From Macrostomum lignano (Eukaryota), in assembly GCA_002269645.1 (NCBI GenBank), contig NIVC01001054.1, positions 146,744 through 210,743 of the forward strand: a stretch of DNA of 64,000 bases. The letters are read 5' to 3'. Under the pieces are notes generated by a model that was not told where the DNA came from, made no database searches, and worked only from the letters and a program-made list of their open reading frames with translations. Every line of letters begins with the position of its first letter. Position 1 is the stretch's first letter. Made by a program: the position numbers and the translations under genes. Positions 1-11,430 of the stretch are shown one piece after another.

Positions 1-1502
1 TGATGGTGGACTGCGGCGCAAGGGTGTCGCTGCTGTCCCGACAGACCGCCGACCGGATCTCAGGTGCAGTCACCTCTCCCACCACGACGAAGCTGCGTGC
101 CTACGGTGGACTGCCGATCCAGCTAAGTGGTGTCACCGAGCTGGAGGTGCGCTACGGCGACAAGGCGATGCAGCACCGGTTCTTCGTTGCGCCAGGCGGC
201 GACAACATCGTCGGTAGAGACCTGATGGAGAAGCTGGGCTTCCGAGTCGACCTTAGCGGGCAGCCGCCCGGAATCGCGGAGGTCAGCGACTTGACGGCGG
301 ACTTGCAGGCGCGGTACCCAACGACCTTCAGCGGTGCGATAGGATGCTGCGCCGGCGCTGTACACCAGCCAAGGTCGACCCAGCAGCGCGACCCGTCCAG
401 CAGCCACTCCGCCGCCTGCCCCTCACGCGACAGGAGCAGGTCGGTGCCGAACTCGACAAGATGGAGAAGGACGGCATCATCGAGCGAGTTCTCGGACTTC
501 TTGGCCGAGCAGGGCATCCGGCACGTCAAGACCAGCCTCTACCATCCGCAAACCAACGGCCAGACGGAGCGTCTCAATCGGTCGCTACTCGCCAGCATCA
601 GAGCGGCCATGGTGGAGAACAGGCCGTTTCAAGACGCCGTGACCAACTTCTTGTCTGCCTACCGGAGCTCCAAGCACAGCCTGACGGGCAAGTCACCGGC
701 CGAGCTCATGCTGGGTCGGAAGTGGCGCACCGCGATCACCATGCTGTCTCCCGGAGGGGAATGACAACGACCGAGGCGACGCCTCAGGCACTGCGGCAGC
801 AAATCGAGGCGCGGCAGCAGCGGATCAAGGCCTACACCGATGCCAGACGAAGGGCCCGCCCCGAGACGTTCCACCCCGGCGATTGGGTGAGAATCCGACG
901 GCCCACCAAGAAGGGCAAGCTGGGTACCCGCCTCTCACGGCCACTACAAGTGCTCCGTCAGGCGGGACACCACGCGGTCGAGCTCAGCGACGGCACCAGA
1001 TGGAACCAGCAGCGGCTGATCCGAACACCGCACCCGGCGCAGCCGAGAGAGCGGTTCGACCCACTGGCGGACTCGGCGCCAACGACCGGAGCCGGCACGG
1101 CGGCACCGGCGGCACCGGCGGCGGAGCCTCCGGCAAGAACAGCAGCGCCCCGCCGATCTGAGCGAGCCAGGCACCCGCCGATACGCTTCATGAACTGCCG
1201 CTGGGACTGATTAAAGTGAAGCTTGGGGACTGTTGGACTCCTTGAAGGAGGGGAAGAATGTTGTGTATTGCAAAGGCATGCGAGGCGTAGGGGTAGCTCG
1301 GGGGCAGCGTTTCTAGAAACTTCCACCGCGGACTTGTTTACGCATAGTTCCAGAAGTTTCCTTCCCCGGTCTTTCTAGAACTTTCCTTCCCCGCGTGCAT
1401 AAATATACGAGCCGCCCTCCTATTGGCCAAGCCCTTCTTTTGGTGCCACTGAGCGCCCGGATAATTATCTATCTTGTTTCTGCGTTCGTTAATTCCACAA
1501 CA
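1..1502 (+). mobile_element. Ty3/Gypsy LTR retrotransposon, internally deleted (protease, RT N-terminus fused to integrase C-half, PPT, 3' LTR)
   Basis: Aspartic protease motif VDCGA at 3; RT N-terminus PVQQPLRRLP...ELDKMEKDGIIERV (frame 344-1210) jumps at ~485 to integrase EFSDFL...YHPQTNGQTERLNR; integrase C-terminus FHPGDWVRIR; purine tract GAAGGAGGGGAAGAA at 1244-1258 directly before TG. Confidence 0.9.
1259..1502 (+). repeat. 3' LTR (244 bp) of the Gypsy element
   Basis: Starts TGTTGTG right after the PPT and ends CACAACA (7-bp terminal inverted repeat); internal ATAAATA TATA-like motif near 1398. Confidence 0.8.
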
Positions 1503-2623
1503 GAACAATAGGTAGCTAGTAGACATTGCATTTTCGTATGGACATTGCATCTCAGCGACATTGCCTATTGCAGTACGAGCTAGAATAAAGCTGCAGTACA
1601 AAATATTTAATAATTTTATCAGCGTAAAATAAAATTTGCATGTATCTTATTTCTGAGTCTGAGAAGATCATTAGCGAAGTCCCCTTAGCTATGAAAAAAA
1701 TTGTTTCAATACCATGTGGAGTTTCGATAGTAAAATAAGAAAATAAGAAACAGGTCTAACCGGCGTCCACTGCTTTTTTTCATCCGGTGGCTCATGAAAA
1801 TCCATAAATTAAGAGGCTTGTGGTGCCCGTCCAGACTCGAGCGGAATGTACTACAGCTCCTTTTTCTTAAATTCCAAGACCCGAAGCCTTCAAGTTCCAA
1901 GATCTACATCAAGAAGAGTCCGCGGAGTAGTTCACACTATTCACGGGGTTTCTCCTGGGTACAGGACGAACATTCCTGGCAGACGAAGTTACGGTACCCT
2001 TCTACGCGAATTATCGCGACTTTACTACACTCGTATTACACGTATCACCCCTAACAAGCTTGCATCGGATTGCATTAAATTTTTCGCATACATGTCGGCT
2101 AGCATTCACCCTGTCTGCCTGACATTCTGAAGAACGGCGTCAACTCAAACTACTCAGCGACGGCCACAGCTACTCTCCGCTTGAGCTTGAAGTGATCGAT
2201 GTTGGCCTACTTTTAATTTAGGATCGCAGAACAGATTTCCCGATTTTTGAAGAACTTCTGTCAGAGACTTAGCGGGTGTCCAAAATGGTAAAAAGTAAAA
2301 AATCTGCACAAATTTTACCTTGAATGCTGATAGGAGCTCAATTTCTTAACTCTCAATGTAAATAGTGAAAAATCGATCTAGTGCGAAGTTTCCGAAAATG
2401 TATTTAAATTTGGAATTTTTTGAAATCATGAATCTCACGCAGACTTGTTTCCAAAATGTGTAAGATATAATAATGAAACAACTTTCAGGGAATTTTGAAT
2501 GTTAATATACTAGAAAATTTTGTTTTTGGAAATTATTACACTTGTTCTATTTGTTTTAATGAATCCCAGTTCACGGAGTGTTTCAATTTCTATTACGGTA
2601 GCACACCAGCATCATACAATAAA

Positions 2624-3900
2624 TCAAACAATAGATTTTCGCTTCGCTTCGTGGCACAAGTAGTTTTCAGCAGCTTCCTTGCAGGAGCAGGCCAATTCGC
2701 GATACAGCACTCCTGTGCTCAACCGGCAGACATGGTGTGCGCTAGCAATGCCAGGGATCGTCTGTAGCCGCACAATATCCAGCACATTGGAGTACTTGGC
2801 GATCTCTTCAGTCGTTACTCGAAACGGGATGATTTCCAATCTAATTTGTGGGGTCCTCCATGGCCATCTGCACATCCTCTGCCGTCACAATCGGCCTCAT
2901 TTCACCGGTGCCACTTGATGGCAGCACCGACGCCGTCAGCTGCACCTTTGCCGTGTCCAGACTCCGTGTGCAGCCACTGCCACCAAAAGATATTTCTCAG
3001 GCGTACATGTAATAGACGGTCGATGACATAGAGCGTCCTCCGATAGCACGATATTGGCTACTTGGCGAGTCCGAAATGATGGAAACTCGCTCAATAGAGT
3101 TGTGAAGGAGAGTCTGGAAGTGATACAACACTGGCTCTGGTTGCGCAGCGATGGCTTCAGCCTTTTTTGCTTTTGTCATCCGACAGGGAAGCAAACGACT
3201 GCGGGGCATGCAGGTAAGATGAATCGTTACCTGGCCGCGGTCTCCAAAATGCGCAGACTGAGTTTCCCTAAAATACTTTTTTGCACCATACGCTTCACTG
3301 AAGTCGATGTGGAGGGCCAACTGGTGCGGCCCAAGTGTGGATCTCAGCTCATGAATGACTCGGTACATGGATCGAGCCGCAGCCGCATAAGGTGGCCACC
3401 TCGCACTTGTCTTTCAGGTGCACAATCTCCATGCCGCTTGAATCCTCTTTTGGTTCCCACTTGCAGTAGGTGACCTCCGACAGACTAGCGGCGACTTTCA
3501 TGACGACTGGAGACTTGTAGCGGCATTTTAGGCACTGGTGACGGAGACAGGCGGCTGATTCTTCCGAACAAATTACTTTTAACAGCACAGCGTGCTTGTC
3601 GTTAGCCCTGACAATCCCTAACGAGTGCAGACCCTCAACTAATTGGTCAAAGTTCTCGCACTTTGGGCACGGACACTGATGCCGGTCTGACAGCTTTGGA
3701 TAAGCAACATGTGTTGGTCTATTTCGGTAAAATGTGGCGAGACTGTTGGTCATGAACGCGCTGATGCTCTGCTCTAAACTTCCAAAGAAAAATTTTCCAT
3801 GCTGTAGAGCAGGATCCTTCTTTGCTTCTTCTTGTTGCCAACCACCAACCGTTTCCCTCCTACCAGCAGTTGCAGGCGTGTTTTTTTGCATCGATCGCAA
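2624..3900 (-). mobile_element. Degenerate Sola2-like DDD DNA transposase (frameshifted)
   Basis: Minus-strand pieces in order: Cys-rich CPCPKCENF; IDFSEAY...ETQSAHFG...QVTIH (~3300); ISDSPSSQYR; WLHTESGHGKGAADGVGAAIK (2920-2980); C-terminal TIPGIASAH. Superfamily assignment is from recalled Sola2 motifs (DFxENY, SDxxxxQY, HGKGxxDGVG). Confidence 0.65.
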
Positions 3901-4605
3901 AAAACGTTTAATATCCGCGTTGCGCCAGGCATTTTACTTTCAAAATTCAAAAAGCTCTGATTTACTTCCCTTTTATTTTCCTTCTTTTTCCTGCTCAAGA
4001 CCATTTACTAAGAAACAAAATGTATTTACGAGTACATTAGATAATTGGAAGATAAGTAATAATATCAACAAAGTAGTATTATTTAATAATAATTTAATTT
4101 AAATAATAATTTTATTTAAAAATAATAGCTACTTTGTCTGATAGAAGTCTTGTCTTTAAAGGATTTTTTAAGGCTATGTTAAAATGCGCTTATAAAAAAG
4201 TAACTCTAAAAATCCTTTATTACTGACATTATTCCTTTATATGCACAAGTGCATCTTTCAAATACATTTCAGCTTTTGCACCCCCTAGAATAGGCACTTT
4301 CGTGTGTTAAGTTTCGTCTTAATTTATTCATCCAAGCCTGAGTTATACTGCACTTATGAACAAAATTAATGAAAAGAGATTAATTTCTAATTTAATTTGT
4401 ATATATTTATTGTATATATTTTATTATATATAATTAACTAAAGAATATTAGTCAGTTGAATATTTTTCAAAAGTCAATTGCTTTTACTATACCCAGATGC
4501 TTATTCGAAACTAAGGATAATATGGCTTTTGCACTACCTTAGGATAGGAACCTTTTGTGTGTGGGGTTTTGTTCTTATAATTTTCGAACTCAGATTATAG
4601 AAAAA

Positions 4606-5030
4606 AATCTTCTAGTTTCGCACGTTTAATTCAAATAGATTTTAAAACGACAGTTAACGACAGTTTTGTTTTATGTTTTATGCCTCAGGGGACGGCATAA
4701 TAGTGCGCCACCCAGAAAAGGATGTTCCCAAAGGTGTTGCGTAGGTGGCAGCAACGCCAGAGAAATTCGTCCAAGTGGGTGTCGAACAGGGCCTTGGACA
4801 TGCCATGCATGGCCCTGAAACGGGCTTTAGCGTGGGCCCATGTGCCCTCCACTGTGTTCGTGTGGACTTCTGGGTGGTTATAGGGTCCACAAAGTGCAGC
4901 TGGTGGTTCACCGTCAAATGATTGGGCAAGCCCAGCTCTCATGGTGGCTGCAGGGCGCCTAGCCATGATTGCTTTGCTGAAAATAATTAAAAATGCTTTA
5001 AAATAATTAAACGTGCGAAACTAGAAGATT
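4606..5030 (-). mobile_element. Miniature Merlin/IS1595-family element carrying the transposase C-terminus
   Basis: HLTVNHQLHFVDP (frameshift) HTNTVEGTWAHAK...HLDEFLWR are Merlin/IS1595 motifs; perfect 25-bp inverted repeats AATCTTCTAGTTTCGCACGTTTAAT at 4606-4630 and 5006-5030. Confidence 0.75.
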
Positions 5031-8000
5031 GCCAAACTTTGTTTAATGATTTTGGATATTTTTGTGTATTATTAAATTACTTTTAAATTAAAGGCTTTCT
5101 AAATATATTCGACGGTACTTAAAGTAAGGCTGGATGTATAAAAGTTCGAACAAATGTTTTCATTTGGCTTTTTTTCAATGAACATTCGTTTTACCTAATT
5201 TATTAACTAGTTTATCGCATGCTGTCTAGCAGATTTTTTAAATTTACAAACGCATAATTGTCAATTCTATTTAGCCAACGCAAACGGATAAAAGGAACCA
5301 GATAGATATTAACGATGCGCATTACTTCTTTAAAATATAATTGCATACAAAAGTATTTGCTGTGGCTAAGAAAATAACATTTTTTGCAAAAAACTTGATT
5401 GGCTTCATTCACCAAAACGTACATTATTTGTCAGCGCGATAACTTTTATTTAGCATGATGCGGCAGATAACTGCTTTTTTATTTCATTTTTCCTTTACAA
5501 AACCTTTGTTTATATTATTATTACCAACATTATTTCTTGAAGAGTTGCAGGACAGCGCAATATTTTAATAAATTGCTGAGGTTTGTTATAGCTACTACAT
5601 CAAACCGAGAACGACTAACAACAAAGTCTGCATGAACTCGATTGATTGATGATTCTGAAATCTGAAAACCGAACCAACCATTCATTCAAACATGTTCAGC
5701 TATGTTCTGCTCGGCTGCAGCCGATTTGTATTATCAACAATAGTATTTTTGTTCAAACTATATATCGGATTTTAAATGTGTTTATCAATTTGTAGAAATT
5801 TGCTGAATTCCAAGGGCCTTTTCATATTGCTTGTTCTGGTTCCAGAACCAGAACCAATTTGTGAAGTATAACTTTTTGCCTCCATAACTAGAGGGAGACA
5901 CGTACTATAAAGTTTTTATTATTGAATGACAATCGCCAAGAAGAAAGTGAAAAATTGTGCTAAGTGAGGTTGTTAAGGCAGCCAAACATTCAACAGAATT
6001 TAATAGTTATACTGCTGTTTTTCTTGGAAGATCCGAACCGATTCTGATTCTGGAATTGGTAATAGGAAAAGCCTCCAAGTGTTTAATTTTCAACATATGT
6101 TAAAACGTCAGACCAATTCTACTACAGACATCCCAAATCAAGAAAAACCTTATTTCTTATTTTTAAACAATTTCTTTCAATAACACTAATTTTCTCGAGT
6201 ATCCATCGAGTACAATGTCAAACCTTTGGTTTTGCCTTTATATAGTTTTGTTGATGAGAATATAGCTAGGCCTATTCTTTTCTATTCTAATCATGTCACT
6301 TGTGGACTCTTGAAATATTTCTTCTCATGAGACAGTAAAAACAAAAGAAAGTCACTTGCATGTTCAGTTTTGAAGACACCTTGTTTGGTTGATGAGATCT
6401 TATCATCTTACCCTAGGTTTCCACCTTCATATTAGGCCTAGGGGCCTATAGGCCTAGTATAGATTTAAATAGACCCTAGGGCCTATGCATATCCAACCTA
6501 ACTAGACCTAGGCCTGCTCATATGACAAATAGATAAATGTAACTTAGTCCTAAATGAATGAATAAAATTAGTTCTAATTGATTACACCTGCCACAGTTAG
6601 GCTAAGCCTAAATATAAAACAGTAAAACTAACAACTCAGATGTCAGATACAGCTATTATAGGGGTCTATGCCTATATGTGGTTGCCCATATCTAAATTGA
6701 ATGCTATATAGATATAGGCCTATGGCAATTCAGTCTAGGCTCCTTAGCCTAATGACTAGGCCTAGGCCAGGTATAGGCCCAAGTCAAAATTGTCATATAA
6801 TAATGATGATGACTAGGCCTAGGCCTAGGCCAAGTATATAGGCCCTAGTCAAAATTGTCATATGATAATGATGATGACTAGGTCTAGGGCTTAATGACTT
6901 GATTAGAGTTATTAAACTGTGCTATCTTTCTATTAGTCCTAATTAAACCCTTTAGGCCTTAATATTCAGTTAGACTATTACTTTTCATATAGGAATTAGT
7001 CCAAGGCTTCATATCTTTTAAGTAGATAGGCCTAGTATATATGATAATATTAATGTAATTTAAAGTTGAAAATCTAATCATTTTGTTGGCAAACAAGAAC
7101 ATATTGCTGCTATAAGAGCCAAGATCCTTCCGCAGCCAATGAAACATGACAATTTAATGAATGTAGCACTGTCCAATGCTAAAACAATGACAATTTAGAT
7201 AATTTAGTTGTTTTTCTCATAAACCATGTATATGACAATCTTGAATATGATGACTTTGGCCAGAGCCCCTAGGAAAGTTGCTATTCTATACTTGACTTAC
7301 TTTCTATTACCTTACTTAGCTAGGCCTAATGGTTTTAATACTTAAACTTATTTTATAGCTAGGTAAACAGAAATTGTCTTGTTTAAAGATATATACAAAT
7401 TGTTTTAATGGGATTAAAGAATTAGGCCTAAACAATACAAGACTAAGAATACCATAGACATATACCAGTTCAAAACTGCCATTAGCTCTTATTGGCTATT
7501 ATAATTAAAAGGCCTAAGTCTAATAACTAATAGTTTATAACCTCCAAAATTTTATGACTAGGCCTACATTATATAGAAAGAAAAATATCTATTTTTGTAT
7601 TGTCAAATATACTAAATCAAAATATAAAAAATACAAAAAATGCAATTTTATATATCCAAGGTTTGAAGTTATCATTATCTATAGATTTTGAACCAATTGA
7701 ATTCTAATTCCTAGAACTATTTTTTGTATAGGCCCTAGGGGCCTATTACACTTTTAAACTAATTGTAAAGTTTGTACTTACATTGTTTTATAGGGGTTCT
7801 GGGGGATAGGAGTTATCTTATAACCCCACTGCTATTATCAAATTTGTCATAGGGGTTCTGCATGTCCTATATACATCCTATCCTTCTACAAGTACAGCCT
7901 GGGGAAAGATAGATTGTCTGGAAGGAAAGGGGGGAAAAGCAACACACCTATTAAATTAATGCTTGGAAAGAAAGGAAATTGGCAATATACTTGGAAAGAA

Positions 8001-9499
8001 AGGCTTGTGCACCTAGAGAAGAAAAGGTGGCAACATGCCCTTTTGATAAATAGTATATTCAAAAAGATAGGGAAAGTAGAATGCCTTAAATGAGAAACTC
8101 TGACTCAGTTCTATTTTTAGCATAGGCACTCAATAGAGGCAAAGTAATCATCTGGAACTAAAAGTTGGCACAAAAGTTCATAGACAGAAAAAGCTTGGGC
8201 TCTTTCCTTGTATTTTCTGCTTATATATATGTGATTCTAAACAGTAATAGTGGATAATTTTAAACAAAAATATATAAACTTTGTAAATAATGAAGCAAGG
8301 ACAAATTTCTAGAACATTTAAGCAACTGTTTTGTTAAAATGATAAAGATGTTATGAGTACAAAATATATAATGTACATAGTTTTATTTCATGAAAATATT
8401 TACTACTTAGGCAAAAGAAGGTGAGTATTAAGATAAGGCAGAATATGAGTGATCAAATATATTTACTTAGGCAAACAGGAGGTGAGTGCTAAAGATAATA
8501 TGAATAACTATAAAAACTATAACAAAAATACTACATCAATCATAATTAGTACAATGTATACTTCATGAACATAGCTATAGAAATTTTGAATTAAAATTTA
8601 ATAAATAAATAAAACCATGTTTTCTCAATTAACACTCTAATATTGATAGTAAGTGGCATGCATCACTATGCTATTTGCTAACATGAAAACTTTTGAACAA
8701 ATCAAGTTGCTTTAGACAAACTCTTATGAAGATAATTTATATAAAATATTTAAAGTTTTCAGTTTTAGGCTATGTTAAAGCTACTAGCTACTTTTACTCA
8801 CTTATATACCTGATACAAATTGATAGAACTGAATCAAATGCAATACAGATAATGTGTTATTTTTTTTTCATTTCTTGCTTCACAATATTTTTACACTTTT
8901 TATATTCAATTCAATCTTGCTTGACTATTCTTGAATTCTAAGCCCATTATCAAATTTTCAAGATCAAGATCTTAGTTGGACTCTAAGGCTTGTTGCTTTT
9001 TCCTCTTTATAGCAAGTTTGGGATGTCCTTTACATTACATTGCATTTGCACCCCCTTTATAGTAGGCTTGGCATTTTGTTTATAGCAGACTTAACACCTA
9101 CCTTAGAAGATGTTCCCTTTAATTGGAAAAATCCAAACTAAATAAAAATTAAATGGTAATTATAGTTATATATAATTATAATTAATTATACTGCTTAAGT
9201 ATTTTAAAGAAACTAAGCAGAGTAAATACGCAATATACTAGCAAAAATTAAATTCTTTGTTTTTCCCTGGGTGCCAAAATTTTTGAACAAGTTATTTTTT
9301 GTTTTTTAATACTTTGTAACATTTTTATTTAGAAAAAATTGCATTGCTAGTATAATTTCCAAGGTTTTGCATATATGATAAAGTAACTACAAAATGTTGG
9401 TCATGGTATACAAAATTTTGTATTAGGATTTTTGCTTAGCAAGCAAAATCAAAGCATATGGGACTGGGAGAATTGTTTAGGTTTTGACACTTATAGAAA

Positions 9500-9885
9500 A
9501 AATTGCTAAGTTTTAAAGGCTTGTAAAGAAATTTCTAAGATGTCAAGGCTCATGTAGGCTTTTCTTAGAAGTCAAGGCTTTTTTAGAACTTTGATAAGAT
9601 ATCAAGGCTTATAGTGAAAATTAATAAGAAGTCAAGGCTTGTGGTAGGGAATTATTGAAATGCTGTGGCTTTTAAAGCAAATTGCTGAGATACCAAGGTT
9701 CATTTTGAAAATTACTAAGATATCAGCAAGGCTTATGAATGGATTTATGAGATGTCAAGGCTCATGGGAGAATTACTGAAATGCTATGGCAATTAAGAGT
9801 TTCTAAGATTTCAAGGTTCATTTTGGAAAATTGCTACAAATATCAAGGCTTACAAGTAGAGTTGCTAAGATACCATGGGTCAATT
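9500..9885. repeat. Degenerate ~30-bp tandem repeat (core TCAAGGCT)
   Basis: TCAAGGCT/CCAAGGTT recurs about every 30 bp. Confidence 0.6.
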
Positions 9886-10583
9886 GAAAGTTGTTGGTTG
9901 GCCAAGCCAAAGGCAGATCAAAGGGAGAGTTGGGTTTAAGCCATGACTTTGATGCCAAAGCTTGTAGGGATACTGAAATCTTAGGCTGGATAGCTGGCTT
10001 TTAAGACTGATGCTTTTTGCTTTAAACACTTTTCCTTAGAATGCTAGAAATAGTGATTGTACAATGTCAAATAAAGCAACATTTTATTTATAAAAATATT
10101 CCTTGTTGCCCCCTCCAATAAGAGGTGCTGATTGCTTGTGCCTTCTAATTCTTAGATATAAATGCATAGAATGTGAAATGATCCCATATTTTGCACACCA
10201 ATAGCTTGAGCCATTGGGCAACACTAACAAATTTTTGTATTTAATTTAAATATTTGCTAATATGTCATTTGATTTGTATTACAGTGATTTAGGTATCTGG
10301 GGTATATATTAGATGTGCTGAGCCCCAGAAACCTGAATGATTTAGCTATTATCTTTTCCTTTTTTAATAGTAAAATTTCTAGCAGACAGCTTCATTACAA
10401 GATATAAAGGACATATATCCAAATTAATGCTTTAATCAGGTTATTTATTTGTAGCGCTGCTACTCATAGTAGTAATAGAAGCTGCACTACCAACACTAGA
10501 AATTTAGTAATCCAAAATTTGAACCATAAGACCATCCAGTAGAAGAGCGCATGTATATATCAATACACATTTTTATGTTTAGC

Positions 10584-10883
10584 ATGTCCTCAGCCAGCAG
10601 CGTACTCCGTGATCCAACTATGCAGAGGCAGCTGCTAGCCATGAAGCAGCAGCAAGAATTCCAGGCCAATGTGGCCAAATTCACCGAGCACTGCTGGGAT
10701 CGGTGCGATGTGAAAGCTACCGCCAAGATGGAAGCAAAAACTAGCAGGTGTATTGCTAATTGCGTTGAGCGATACCTGGATGCCAGCAGCCGTTTATCTG
10801 CCGATCTGCCTAATTTGCTGTCGAGAATGGCGGATTCTCGGCAGCAGGCGCCTCCCAGCTCAGCGAAGACCATCTGGGGATAA
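10584..10883 (+). CDS. TIMM8: Mitochondrial intermembrane-space small Tim chaperone Tim8 (99 aa, single coding exon)
   Basis: Twin CX3C motifs CWDRC and CIANC followed by VERYLDAS; ATG at 10584 immediately after a TTTAG acceptor. Confidence 0.85.
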   Translation: MSSASSVLRDPTMQRQLLAMKQQQEFQANVAKFTEHCWDRCDVKATAKMEAKTSRCIANCVERYLDASSRLSADLPNLLSRMADSRQQAPPSSAKTIWG

Positions 10884-11430
10884 CTGACTACGGTTCAATA
10901 CGATAGTATTTTCATTGTCTGAGTTTTGTTGGCAACCCTTATGCTAATTAGTTGTTTTATTGTACCAATCCTAGCTAGATTGAGTAAAATATACCCTTTA
11001 TAAATTAAATTCATAATTTGTGCATTTGTATGCAGGAAATCAATTTTGCGAGAGTACTCTTTGTCTGGTACTTCTGTGGCAGATATTATTTCGCAATGTG
11101 TCGTCAAGCCAGTATATTTAGGTCATCTTTATGATTTGGAATGCTTAGATTTGGCAACAGAAAGTTTGTGGTCATATAAATTGCACTTTATTTTGCATGC
11201 AAATGTAAACTAACTCAAGGCTAATCTCGAAAGCCTTCTTCGGGAAACTACCTTTCTTGGAAAATTTTTAGAAGGCAGCTACCGAAAAGTGCATTACGGA
11301 GAATAAAGGTTTCTTATTCGCTAAAGAAATGTAAACCTTCTATCTCCGTAATATACTTATTCTTTTCGGTAAAACCTGCCTTGCTAATGTTTGTTTATTT
11401 CTGTGACATCTTCGACTGTCAACCAACTCG

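Noticed and set aside
1706-2130. Short overlapping ORFs downstream of the first LTR
   Set aside because: No motif or splice structure; all frames interrupted.
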